Shown: in pieces, positions 17,932 through 26,943 of the stretch | Numbering within the stretch: position 1 is the first letter of the stretch | Layout of the letters: each line of letters starts with the position of its first letter | Notes under the pieces: generated by a model | Seen by the model: only the letters and a program-made list of their open reading frames with translations | Told to the model about the DNA's origin: nothing | Databases searched by the model: none | Source of the DNA: an uncultured Chloroflexia bacterium | GTDB taxonomy: Bacteria > Chloroflexota > Limnocylindria > Limnocylindrales > CSP1-4 | DNA: 64,000 nt | Assembly: GCA_963797685.1 (NCBI GenBank) | Contig: CAWCQK010000017.1 | Coordinates: 129,652-193,651, forward strand | Direction: 5' to 3' | Translations under genes and position numbers: made by a program

Positions 17932-18900
17932 CTATCCCTCCGCGATCGGCGCGGGCGGTGGCGGGGTCAACGGCGTATCGCGCCGCGACCCGAGCCGGCG
18001 GGCGATCCAGATCACGACCAGGGCGATCGCGCCGACCACCAGGATGATCGGCAGCCACACGATCAGGAACCAGATCCCGACCGTGCCGAGACCCTGGAGC
18101 ACCGACACCATCGTCGCGGCGGCCTCGTCGACGACCGTGGCCGGATCCCAGCCCTTGCTGGCCACCTCGACCGCGACGACCGGCACGTTGTAGTCGACCG
18201 TCATCGCCGCGTAGGAGGACCGGTCGTTGAGATCCTTGAGCTGCGCCTCCAGCGTCTGGATCTGGCCCCGGGTCGTCGTCAGTTGAGCCTCGACCTCGAG
18301 GACGTCGGAGATCTTGGTGGCTTTCTCGGCGATCCCCTGGAGCGCGACCTCGCTGGCCTGCAGGTTCGCGATGGTGGCCTCGAGATCGACGACCTGACCG
18401 GTGACCTCGACCGCCTCGGTGTGCTCGGTGACCACCTTGGTCGTCAGCCCGCCGAGTCCGTGGAGCAGATCGATCGCGGACTCCCACTTGGCGGACGGGA
18501 TGCGGTAGGTGATGGTGGCCGACGGCTGGTCCTGCTGGTTGCTGGTCGTCGAGGCGCCGACGTAACCGCCGAGACCGACGATCCCGTCGCGGGCCGTTCG
18601 CAGGGCAGCGTTCAGGTCGCTGACCTCGAGGGACATCGTGCCGGTCCGGATGATCTTGGCGTCATCCACGGCTGCGACCGGACCGGCATCCTGGCCACCC
18701 TGGCCGGCACCGGGCTGGGGAGCGCCGTTGGCCGGCGGCTGGGCCTCAGAGACGCCGCCAGCTGCCTTGTCGGGCAATACGGCGGGAGCCGCGATCGGGT
18801 TGCCCACCGTGCTCAGCACGGCGCTCGAGCCCGAGCCCGAGCAGGCGGCCAGGATGAGCGCGATCGCCATGAGTGGCAGGAAGGAACGGATGGTGCGCAT
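17932..18900 (-). CDS. DUF4349-like lipoprotein
   Basis: Start at 18900 with GGAGG 6 nt upstream. Lipobox LILAAC-SGSG, a central coiled-coil-like region and two C-terminal TM helices (WFLIVWLPIILVVGAIALVVIWI), as in DUF4349. Confidence 0.75.
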   Translation of the reverse strand: MRTIRSFLPLMAIALILAACSGSGSSAVLSTVGNPIAAPAVLPDKAAGGVSEAQPPANGAPQPGAGQGGQDAGPVAAVDDAKIIRTGTMSLEVSDLNAALRTARDGIVGLGGYVGASTTSNQQDQPSATITYRIPSAKWESAIDLLHGLGGLTTKVVTEHTEAVEVTGQVVDLEATIANLQASEVALQGIAEKATKISDVLEVEAQLTTTRGQIQTLEAQLKDLNDRSSYAAMTVDYNVPVVAVEVASKGWDPATVVDEAAATMVSVLQGLGTVGIWFLIVWLPIILVVGAIALVVIWIARRLGSRRDTPLTPPPPAPIAEG

Positions 18901-19142
18901 GAGTGACCTCCGTATGCCGCCCCGGCCGATCTGGTCGCGGCGGCAACCGCGTGACGCCTCGGTCAGGTGGCCGGTTCCGCACCACCACGTTTCTGTCAGA
19001 TGCACGCCACCCGGGCGTTCGTCAGGAGATCCCGGTCAGATGCACACCACATGACACATCTGTCAGGTCCTCCGCCCGCACCCAAGCGTGGACCTTCGAC
19101 GGATCGCGGCTAGCAGCTGACCGATGCTCGTCTGGCGTGCAT

Positions 19143-19189
19143 CTGGCAGGATCCGCGCGAGCTGGCAGGATCCGCGCGGGCTGGAAGGA
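19143..19189. repeat. 2.5 tandem copies of a 19-nt unit CTGGCAGGATCCGCGCG(ag) upstream of the ligase gene
   Basis: Identical 17-mers at 19143-19159 and 19162-19178, then a partial third copy CTGGAAGGA. The array ends about 47 nt before the ATG at 19236. Confidence 0.8.
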
Positions 19190-19235
19190 ACCACCGGGCT
19201 GACCCGGGTCGAGGTCGCGGCGGTATCGTTGGGCG

Positions 19236-20321
19236 ATGGCACTCCCCTTCGATCCGCCGATCGAACCGATGCTGGCCAAGGCGTCCGACTCACTGCCGAG
19301 CGACGACGGCTGGCTGTTCGAGCCCAAGTGGGACGGCTTTCGCGCCCTCGTCTTCCGTGACGGTGACAGCGTCTACACGCAGTCGCGCGACCTCAAGCCG
19401 CTCGACCGCTATTTCCCCGAGCTGGCCGAACCCTTGAAGGCCAATCTCCCGGACAGATGCGTCCTCGACGGGGAGGTCGTGATCGCTCGCGACGGCGCGC
19501 TCGATTTCGAAGCTCTGCTGCTTCGGATCCACCCGGCGGCATCACGCGTGAAGATGCTCGCCGAGCAGTCGCCGGCGAGCTTCGTCGCCTGGGACCTGCT
19601 GGCGCTCGGCGACGAGGACCTCCGAACCGTTCCACAGGGCGAGCGCCGCCAGCGTCTGGAAGCCGTCCTCGGCAACGCGGAGCCGCCGGTCCACCTGACT
19701 CCGGCCACCCATGACCGCGCCACCGCCCACGACTGGTTCGAACGGTTCGAGGGCGCCGGCCTCGACGGTGTGGTCGCCAAGCGGCTCGATGCCGCCTACC
19801 AGCCGGGCAAGCGGGCGATGCTCAAGATCAAGCACCAGCGAACCGCGGACTGCGTCGTGGCCGGGTTCCGGTGGCACAAGAACGGGCCGGGCACGCATAT
19901 CGGCTCGCTGCTGCTCGGGTTGTATGACGACGAGGGCACGCTCCACCACGTCGGGATCACCTCGTCGTTCACGTGGGACCGGCGCGCCGAGCTGGTCGGT
20001 GAGCTCGCGCCTCTTCGCGAGAACGCGAGCGAAGGCCACCCGTGGGGCAGCTGGGCCGAATGGGCCGCAGAGTTGGAGGCCTCCGGCCAACGGGTACCGG
20101 GCGCGACGTCACGCTGGAACCGCGGCAAGGACCTGTCGTGGGAGCCGCTCCGTGCGGAGCGCGTCGCCGAAGTCGCCTACGACCACCTCCAGGGCGACCG
20201 CTTCCGCCACGCGACGACGTTCAAGCGCTGGCGCCCTGACAAGCCCGCCTCAGCCTGCCGCTATGACCAGCTCGAGGAGACCGCGCCGTTCCTGCTAGCC
20301 GGCATCTTCGGCACCGACTGA
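19236..20321 (+). CDS. ATP-dependent DNA ligase (LigC / LigD-ligase-domain type)
   Basis: Adenylation motif I EPKWDGFR, then GLDGVVAKR and MLKIKHQRT. 361 aa, with no Pol or PE domain fused. Confidence 0.9.
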   Translation: MALPFDPPIEPMLAKASDSLPSDDGWLFEPKWDGFRALVFRDGDSVYTQSRDLKPLDRYFPELAEPLKANLPDRCVLDGEVVIARDGALDFEALLLRIHPAASRVKMLAEQSPASFVAWDLLALGDEDLRTVPQGERRQRLEAVLGNAEPPVHLTPATHDRATAHDWFERFEGAGLDGVVAKRLDAAYQPGKRAMLKIKHQRTADCVVAGFRWHKNGPGTHIGSLLLGLYDDEGTLHHVGITSSFTWDRRAELVGELAPLRENASEGHPWGSWAEWAAELEASGQRVPGATSRWNRGKDLSWEPLRAERVAEVAYDHLQGDRFRHATTFKRWRPDKPASACRYDQLEETAPFLLAGIFGTD

Positions 20322-21815
20322 CGGCGGCTTCGACTCCGCATTCGCCTTCGCCTTCGGTTTCGGCGTCCGCGCCCGCGACCCCGACGTCGCCGCCTTCCAC
20401 GCCTCGATATCCTGGCCGGCCCACGGGTCGAAGTCGCTCTCGAGTGGCTCCTGGGTCGGCCGGTCCGCTGCGGGGACGTGGATCAGATTGACCCGGACGC
20501 GGTACCAGACCGCCGATCGGCCGCGCATGCCGTCGACCAGGACGTCCGGCGGCTCGAGGTACGGCACCACCTCCGGGTGCCGCGCCTTCCAGCGCTCGAG
20601 GCCGGCCAGCGCCTCGTCCTTGAACTCGGCCCGCGAGATCTCGACCACGGGGATCGACGTCTTGCGGCGGCCGGTGGGTGTCGGGCGCGACCCGGCCCAC
20701 TCGGTCGGCAGCCCTGCGTTCGGATCGCCCGCGGCGACGGCCGCCGCCCGTTCCGCGGCGACGTCGGGCGGCGGTCCGCCGGCTTCGCCACGGCCCGGCT
20801 CGTACTCGGACTTCGGGCGCCGTGCCTTCGACGGCTGGACGCGTGGCGGCTCGCCGGCTTGCTTCGCGTAGTTCGGCGGCCACGGCGCGTCGCCCAGCCC
20901 CTCGGCCTCGTCGCGCGCCGACAGCTCCAGCAATCCCTCGAGCGAGCCGACCGCCTCGTCGATGCCGGCCCCCGGGTCGCCGATCGCAGCGAAGCGGGCC
21001 GGGACGGTGTCGATCGTGAACGCCTCGGCCTCGACCGTCGGCACCTCGTCCCAGGTCAGCGGCGTCGACACCCGGGCATCCGGCAACGGCCGCACGGAGT
21101 ACGCGGAGGCGACCGTCCGGTCCTTGGCGTTCTGGTTGTAGTCGAGGAAGACGCCGTGACGCTCCTCCTTCCACCACTTCGAGGTGGCCAGCTCAGGCAC
21201 CCGCCGCTCGACGTCGCGGGCCAGGGCCAGCGCCGCACGGCGGACCTCCGGGAACGTCCAGCGCGGCTCGATCCGGACGTTGACGTGGATGCCGCGCGAG
21301 CCGGACGTCTTGGGCCAGCCGACCAGCCCGACCGCCTCGAGCGCCTCGCGAGCCGCCAGCGCGACGAGCCGGATATGGTCCCACGGCACGCCCGGCACCG
21401 GGTCGAGGTCGACGCGAAGCTCGTCGGGATGGTCGAGGTCCTCGGCCCGGACCGGGTGCGGGTTGAGGTCGATGCAGCCGAGGTTGTTGACCCAGGCGAG
21501 GCCCGCGGCGTCGTCGATGACGATCTCGTCGGCGGTCCGACCCGACGGGAAGGTCAGCGTCGCGGTCCGGACGAACTCGGGGATGTTCTCGGGCGCGCGC
21601 TTCTGGAAGAACGGCTGGCCCGCGGCACCGTCCACGAAGCGCTTGAGCGCCTGCGGCCGGCCGCCGGCGCCACGCAACGCGCCATCCGCGACCGCCTGGT
21701 AGTAACGGACCAGGTCGAGCTTGGTGCGGCCGGTCTCCGGGAAGTAGACCTTGTTCGGGTTCGAGACCGTGACCTCGCGCCCGTTGATCCGGAGGACCTC
21801 CTTCTCCGTCGGCAT
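20295..21815 (-). CDS. primase-polymerase (LigD Pol-domain / Prim-PolC-like) with about 200-aa C-terminal extension
   Basis: VSNPNKVYFPETGRTKLDLVRYY, LNPHPVRAEDLDHPDELRVDLDP, KTSGSRGIHVNV and FLDYNQNAKDRTVASAYSVRP are AEP/LigD-Pol signatures. Start at 21815. The 3' end overlaps the ligase 3' end by 27 nt. Confidence 0.85.
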   Translation of the reverse strand: MPTEKEVLRINGREVTVSNPNKVYFPETGRTKLDLVRYYQAVADGALRGAGGRPQALKRFVDGAAGQPFFQKRAPENIPEFVRTATLTFPSGRTADEIVIDDAAGLAWVNNLGCIDLNPHPVRAEDLDHPDELRVDLDPVPGVPWDHIRLVALAAREALEAVGLVGWPKTSGSRGIHVNVRIEPRWTFPEVRRAALALARDVERRVPELATSKWWKEERHGVFLDYNQNAKDRTVASAYSVRPLPDARVSTPLTWDEVPTVEAEAFTIDTVPARFAAIGDPGAGIDEAVGSLEGLLELSARDEAEGLGDAPWPPNYAKQAGEPPRVQPSKARRPKSEYEPGRGEAGGPPPDVAAERAAAVAAGDPNAGLPTEWAGSRPTPTGRRKTSIPVVEISRAEFKDEALAGLERWKARHPEVVPYLEPPDVLVDGMRGRSAVWYRVRVNLIHVPAADRPTQEPLESDFDPWAGQDIEAWKAATSGSRARTPKPKAKANAESKPPSVGAEDAG

Positions 21816-21960
21816 GGCCGACACGATACCGCTCGACGGCGGGCTGCGGTCCACCGATGCCGGGACAGACCGGCCCTCGACGCTCCTGTCGATTCGGTGG
21901 CAGCGCGTTCGTCGTAAGGTAGACGGCCGCGGTGGCGGCCCACCCGATCGGAGGCAGGAC

Positions 21961-22353
21961 ATGCAGTACGCGTTGCTCATCTACACGCCCGAACCGACGG
22001 AGGACGTCCCGCCGGACGCGATCGCCGCCCAGATGGCCGCCTACGATGCCGTCACGGAACATCTCCGCGACCGTGGCGCGATGAAGGCCGGCGAGGCACT
22101 CGATTCGGTCGCGACGGCGACCACGGTCCGGGTCGTCGACGGCAAGACCATCACCACCGACGGGCCATTCGCCGAGACGAAGGAGACGCTCGGCGGCTTC
22201 TACCTGGTCGAGGCGGCCGACCTCGACGAGGCGATCGCCTATGCGGCGATGATCCCGGGCGCCCGGATCGGGTGCATCGAGGTCCGGCCGGTCTGGGATC
22301 GCCAGATGGCCCCGGGTCGGGACGCCCCCGTCGCGGCGTCGACCGCCGGCTGA
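21961..22353 (+). CDS. YCII-related (DGPF-domain) protein
   Basis: MQYALLIY...TTDGPFAETKETLGGFYLVEAADLDEAI is the DGPF/YCII signature. Confidence 0.8.
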   Translation: MQYALLIYTPEPTEDVPPDAIAAQMAAYDAVTEHLRDRGAMKAGEALDSVATATTVRVVDGKTITTDGPFAETKETLGGFYLVEAADLDEAIAYAAMIPGARIGCIEVRPVWDRQMAPGRDAPVAASTAG

Positions 22354-22384
22354 GATCCGCCGCGGCCCCGCCTTTCCATCGCCC

Positions 22385-23668
22385 TTGGCCGGATCGAGCG
22401 CCGCCCACGACATCGTCGATCGCGTCTTCCGCGAGGAACAAGGTCGCGCCGTCGCGACGCTGATCCGGGTCACCGGCGATTTCGACCTCGCCGAGGAGGC
22501 CGTCCAGGACGCATTCATCAGCGCCCTGGAGGTATGGCCGCTGCGCGGTATCCCAGCCAACCCGGGCGCCTGGATCACGACCACCGCCCGCAATCGAGCC
22601 ATCGACCGTCTACGCAGGCGCAAGCGCCTGGTCGAGAAGACCGAGATGCTCGGGCGCGAGGCCACGATCGAGTCGGAGCTCGAGGCCATCGATCCGGGGC
22701 CGTCGGAGGACGCCATGCAGATCGCCGACGACCGGCTCCGGCTCATCTTCACCTGCTGCCATCCGGCGCTGGCGATGGATGCCCGGGTCGCGCTGACGCT
22801 GCGCACGCTCGGCGGCCTGACGACGCCCGAGATCGCCCGCGCCTTCCTCGTCCCCGAGCCGACCCTCGCCCAGCGCCTGGTCCGGGCCAAGCGCAAGATC
22901 CGTGACGCCGGCATCCCCTACCGCGTCCCGCCCGCGGAGCTGCTCCCGGAGCGGCTGGACGGCGTCCTGCGCGTCCTGTACCTGGTCTTCAACGAGGGAT
23001 ACACGGCGTCATCGGGCGATTCGCTGATCCGGCGAGAGCTGTGTGCCGAGGCGATCCGACTGGCACGGGTCGTCGTGTCGCTGCTCCCCGACGAGCCCGA
23101 GGCACGCGGCCTGCTGGCACTGATGCTGCTCCACGACGCGCGCCGCGAGGCACGTGTCGGACCGGCCGGCGAGCTGATCCTGCTCGACGACCAGGACCGC
23201 GGCCGATGGGACTCCGTCCGGATCGCCGAGGGCCGAAGCCTCGTGGAAGCCGCCCTGGGAGAGGGCCGGGCGGGGCCGTACCAGCTCCAGGCGGCGATCG
23301 CCGCCCTCCATGACGAGGCCGCCGACCCGGCCGACACCGACTGGCCCCAGATCGCGACGCTGTACCGGGCGCTGCATGCCATGACACCGACGCCCGTGGT
23401 CGAGCTCAACCTCGCCGCGGCGGTCGCGATGGCCGATGGCCCGGCCGTCGGGCTGGCGATGATGGACGGGTTGGCGGCCGACGGAGAGCTCGACGACTAT
23501 CCGTATCTCCACGCGGCGCGGGCGGACCTGCTGCGTCGACTCGGTCGCTGGACAGAGGCCGAGACGGCCTACCGCCGGGCCTTGGCACTCACGACCAACG
23601 GCCCGGAGCGTGCGTTCATCGAGGGCCGGATCCGCGAGATCGAGGCGGGTCGCCGCGCGATCGACTAG
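22385..23668 (+). CDS. ECF sigma factor with long TPR-like C-terminal extension (ECF42/COG4941-like)
   Basis: Region 2 (AEEAVQDAFISALEVWP...GAWITTTARNRAIDRLRR), region 4 (LGGLTTPEIARAFLVPEPTLAQRLVRAKRKI) and an about 220-aa helical extension. It lies directly after a DGPF gene. Confidence 0.85.
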   Translation: MAGSSAAHDIVDRVFREEQGRAVATLIRVTGDFDLAEEAVQDAFISALEVWPLRGIPANPGAWITTTARNRAIDRLRRRKRLVEKTEMLGREATIESELEAIDPGPSEDAMQIADDRLRLIFTCCHPALAMDARVALTLRTLGGLTTPEIARAFLVPEPTLAQRLVRAKRKIRDAGIPYRVPPAELLPERLDGVLRVLYLVFNEGYTASSGDSLIRRELCAEAIRLARVVVSLLPDEPEARGLLALMLLHDARREARVGPAGELILLDDQDRGRWDSVRIAEGRSLVEAALGEGRAGPYQLQAAIAALHDEAADPADTDWPQIATLYRALHAMTPTPVVELNLAAAVAMADGPAVGLAMMDGLAADGELDDYPYLHAARADLLRRLGRWTEAETAYRRALALTTNGPERAFIEGRIREIEAGRRAID

Positions 23669-24159
23669 TGAGACCCGACGGGGGCGCCCTCGTACGCCTC
23701 GCGGAGCTCGGCGAGGTCGATCTTGCGCATCCGGAGCATGGCGTCACTCGCCCGCCGGGCACCATCGGGGTCGGAACCGCCGAGGAGCTCCTTGAGCTCG
23801 CGCGGGACGATCTGCCACCACAGCCCGAAGCGATCCCTCAGCCAGCCGCATTGACCGGCTTCTCCGCCGCCGAGGAGCAGCGAGGACCACAGCCGGTCGA
23901 GCTCGGCCTGGTCGTCGCACTCGACGGTCAGGGAGATCGCCTCGGTGAACGGGAACTCCGGTCCGCCGTTCAGGGCGATCAGGCGCTGCCCGGCGAGGGT
24001 GAACGCGACGGTCAGGACCTGCCCTTCCTTCATGCTCGGATTGTCGCCCGGGGCGCGCAGGACCTGGTCGATCCGGCTATCGGGCAGCAGCGAGGTGTAG
24101 AGATCGGCCGCAGCTTCGGCTTCGCCGTTGAACCATAGGCATGTCGCAAGAGAGGTCAT
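23665..24159 (-). CDS. VOC-superfamily protein (PhnB / 3-demethylubiquinone methyltransferase-like fold)
   Basis: TCLWFNGEAEAAADLYTSLLPDS...GQVLTVAFTLAGQRLIALNGGPEFPFTEAISL...CGWLRDRFGLWWQIVP. ATG at 24159 with GGAGGA upstream. Confidence 0.8.
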   Translation of the reverse strand: MTSLATCLWFNGEAEAAADLYTSLLPDSRIDQVLRAPGDNPSMKEGQVLTVAFTLAGQRLIALNGGPEFPFTEAISLTVECDDQAELDRLWSSLLLGGGEAGQCGWLRDRFGLWWQIVPRELKELLGGSDPDGARRASDAMLRMRKIDLAELREAYEGAPVGSH

Positions 24160-24463
24160 CGGGCGTTCCTCCAGTCGTCTGTTCCGCCAGGTTACCGGCC
24201 GCAAAGGCACCGGGGCGACCATCACGAGCCGATGCACCTGACAAGCACGTATCGGTTCGGTGAGCGGACGTGTCAGCCGCTCGTTGGTCTTCGAGGAGTG
24301 GCTGCACGGTTCCTGCCGGGCGCACATTTCGGTCTAAGCCGGCCGACTGTCATTCCTTACAGGATCTGGCGGATTCGGCTGCTGATCACGCTCGAATGTG
24401 GCGAACGTGCGCCTCACAGGAACAGGACGGCCCAGCCGCCCGGACTGGACGGCCGGCCCGCGG

Positions 24464-25075
24464 TCAATCCTCGATCAGGGGCACGTCCACGACATGCTGC
24501 GCGACGAACCAGACCTGCAGCTCGTGGCGGCGCAGGACGTCGCTCATGAGGATGTCGTTCGAGCCCCAGTCGGCGCTCTTCTCGGTCGCCTCGATCGCGT
24601 CGCGGACCTTCTCGATGACGGTCTCGTGCGCGTCGAGTGTCCGATGGATCATCGCCGCGACCTCCTCGGTGCCGTCCGGCGGCCGCGGGATCGTCGTCAG
24701 CTCGGCGGCATGACGCGGGTCCCCGACAGCGACCCCACCGAGGGTCTGGACCCGCTCGGCAAGCAGGTCGATGATCTCGATCTGCTCCTCGGCGTGCTTG
24801 TCGAACAGCAGGTGGAGCTGGTAGAAGGTCGGGCCGGCCACCAGCCAGTGGTGCTTCTTGTAGAGCGCGTAGAGAACCATCGAGTCGGCGAGGATCTCGT
24901 TGAGGAGGCGGCAGCTCTCTGAGCGCGCGTTCTTGGCAAGCGCGATGGGCAGGAGCCGGGTCGACCCGAAGCGCTGGATCTCGACTCCGAGCGGGGCGAG
25001 GTGCGGCTCGGTCGACGGGCGCTGCGATCGCGTCCGCGATGATCCGTTGTTGCGGGTGGTGGTGCGGGGCGGCAT
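24464..25075 (-). CDS. dps: Dps-family DNA-protection/ferroxidase protein
   Basis: LNEILADSMVLYALYKKHHWLVAGPTFYQLHLLFDKHAEEQIEIIDLLAERVQTLGG is the Dps ferroxidase region. ATG at 25075 with GGAGGA upstream. The listed 441-aa ORF is an over-extension. Confidence 0.9.
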   Translation of the reverse strand: MPPRTTTRNNGSSRTRSQRPSTEPHLAPLGVEIQRFGSTRLLPIALAKNARSESCRLLNEILADSMVLYALYKKHHWLVAGPTFYQLHLLFDKHAEEQIEIIDLLAERVQTLGGVAVGDPRHAAELTTIPRPPDGTEEVAAMIHRTLDAHETVIEKVRDAIEATEKSADWGSNDILMSDVLRRHELQVWFVAQHVVDVPLIED

Positions 25076-25197
25076 GGTCGGTCCTCCGGTGGTCTGGGAA
25101 CCGATCGTACGCTTGGCCCACCGCCGGATCGTCCGCCCATGGAGCGGTCCGCGTTTCGTCTCTGTTGCAATCGAGAGGCCGCCCTCACGGGGGCCTG

Positions 25198-26166
25198 CTA
25201 GCGAGCCTCGCGCACCGCGGTGATGATCGCCGGCAGGACCGTGTGGAGGTCGCCGATGACCGCGTACGTCGCGCGCGTCACCATCGGCGCGTCGCGGTCG
25301 GTGTTGATGGCCATGATCGCCTTGGCCGAGCGGGCGCCGACCATGTGCTGGATAGCGCCGCTGATGCCACACGCGATATAGAGGTCGGGTGCGATCCGGG
25401 TCCCGGTCTGACCGACCTGCTGGGCGTGCGGCCGCCAGCCGGCCGACGTCACGACGCGCGAGACCCCGACCGCGCCACCGAGCAGCGATGCGAGCTCGTC
25501 GAGCTGAGCGAAGCCCTCCGCGCTCCCGACGCCACGGCCGCCACCGACGACGACGCGAGCGTCGGCCAGCGAGATCTTGCCGACCTCGGCGGGGACGCGC
25601 GACGTGATGCGCACGCGGAGGTCCCGGTCGGTCAGGTCCGGCGTGAACGGCCGGACCTCGATCTGGCTCGGCGCCGACGCGACGGCCGGCTCGAGCGCGT
25701 GCGGGGCCACGGTCACGAGTCGGGTCGGGCCGTCGAGACGGGCCTCCTCGAGCAGGCTCCCGCCCCATCGCTGACGGGTGGCCTGCCACGGGTCGCCGGG
25801 GCGCGCCTCGGTGACGTTGGCCGTGAGCGGCAGCCCGGTCCGGGCCGCGGCATGCGCCATGACCTCGGCGCCGCGCTCGCTGCCCGGGCCGACGACGGCC
25901 GCAGGCGCCTCGCGCCCGATCAGCTGGCCGAGCGCCTTGCCGACCGCTTCGGGCGCGTACTCCGCGAGGCGCGGATCCTCGATCGCGTGGAGGGCTGTGA
26001 CTCCGTGCGCGCCCAGCCCGCCGGCGAGGGCGGCCACATCCGCGCCCCAGGCGACCGCGTGGAGGGGCTCGCCGGCCGCACCTGCCAGGCCGCGCCCGAA
26101 CGTCAATGCCTCGCTCGACAGGCGGTCGGGCGCACCAGCCTCGTGCTCGACGACGACCAGGATCAT
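25198..26166 (-). CDS. etfA: electron transfer flavoprotein alpha subunit
   Basis: C-terminal FAD-binding signature VGQTGTRIAPDLYIACGISGAIQHMVGARSAKAIMAINTD. Confidence 0.9.
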   Translation of the reverse strand: MILVVVEHEAGAPDRLSSEALTFGRGLAGAAGEPLHAVAWGADVAALAGGLGAHGVTALHAIEDPRLAEYAPEAVGKALGQLIGREAPAAVVGPGSERGAEVMAHAAARTGLPLTANVTEARPGDPWQATRQRWGGSLLEEARLDGPTRLVTVAPHALEPAVASAPSQIEVRPFTPDLTDRDLRVRITSRVPAEVGKISLADARVVVGGGRGVGSAEGFAQLDELASLLGGAVGVSRVVTSAGWRPHAQQVGQTGTRIAPDLYIACGISGAIQHMVGARSAKAIMAINTDRDAPMVTRATYAVIGDLHTVLPAIITAVREAR

Positions 26167-26933
26167 GCGATCAGCCCCAGACGCTTGAACACCTCGACGA
26201 CCCGGGGCGCCGCCTCCGGCCCTTCCCCCAGGATCTCGACGGCGCTCTCCTTCTCGACCGGCACGCGCAGCCGGAGCCTGGCCGACGCCGCCGCGGGCGC
26301 CCCGAGCGCAACGGTCTCGATCTCCTTCTTGCGCGCGCGCAGCCGACCCGGTACCGACGGATAGCGCGGCAGGTTGAGACCCTCCTTGACGGTGACGACC
26401 GCCGGTCGCGGGATGTCGTAGATCTCCCAGCCGCCACTGGGTGCCTCGCGTCGGACCGCCACGCCGTCGTCGCGGACCTCGAGTCCCTTGGCGCCCGTGA
26501 CCACCGGCCGGTCGAGCGCGACCGCGACCCGGACTCCGACCTGGTAGTCACCGGTGTCCGCGGCCTCGTTGCCGAGCAGGATCAGGTCGAATGGGCCGTC
26601 GGCCGCCTCGCGTGCCCGGATCGCCTCGGTGATGGCACCGGCCGTGGCGACCGCGTCCCACTCGCTGCCATCGGTCTGCAGGAGGATCGCCCGGTCGATG
26701 CCGATCGCCATCGCCTCACGCAGCTGGTCGGTCGCCTCGTCCGGACCGAGCGTCAGGACCGTGCTCGTCCCGCCGTTCGCCTCGATGAGCTGGACCGCCT
26801 CCTCGACAGCGCACTCCTCGTGCGGGCTGACGGTGAAGCCGAGATAACGGGTGTCGATGGCCTGTTCGTCGGCGGTCAGGGTGATCTTCCCGGCCGTCGC
26901 CGGCACCCGCTTGACACAGACGAGGATGTTCAC
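26163..26933 (-). CDS. etfB: electron transfer flavoprotein beta subunit
   Basis: NILVCVKRVPATAGKITL...SPHEECAVEEAVQL. GTG start, and a 4-nt overlap with etfA. Confidence 0.9.
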   Translation of the reverse strand: MNILVCVKRVPATAGKITLTADEQAIDTRYLGFTVSPHEECAVEEAVQLIEANGGTSTVLTLGPDEATDQLREAMAIGIDRAILLQTDGSEWDAVATAGAITEAIRAREAADGPFDLILLGNEAADTGDYQVGVRVAVALDRPVVTGAKGLEVRDDGVAVRREAPSGGWEIYDIPRPAVVTVKEGLNLPRYPSVPGRLRARKKEIETVALGAPAAASARLRLRVPVEKESAVEILGEGPEAAPRVVEVFKRLGLIA

Positions 26934-26943
26934 GTCGCCCTGC

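Noticed and set aside
18980-19075. The TGTCAG(A/G)TG motifs resemble the mycobacterial RecA-independent DNA-damage promoter core (TGTCRGTG-N8-TAnnnT).
   Set aside because: None of the copies has a TAnnnT hexamer 8 nt downstream. The resemblance is limited to TGTCAG, so I report them only as unexplained repeats.
19236-21815. Interpreting the ligase and Prim-Pol pair as a complete Ku-dependent NHEJ locus.
   Set aside because: No Ku-like ORF exists in the window. The pair resembles the Ku-independent LigC/Prim-PolC arrangement instead.
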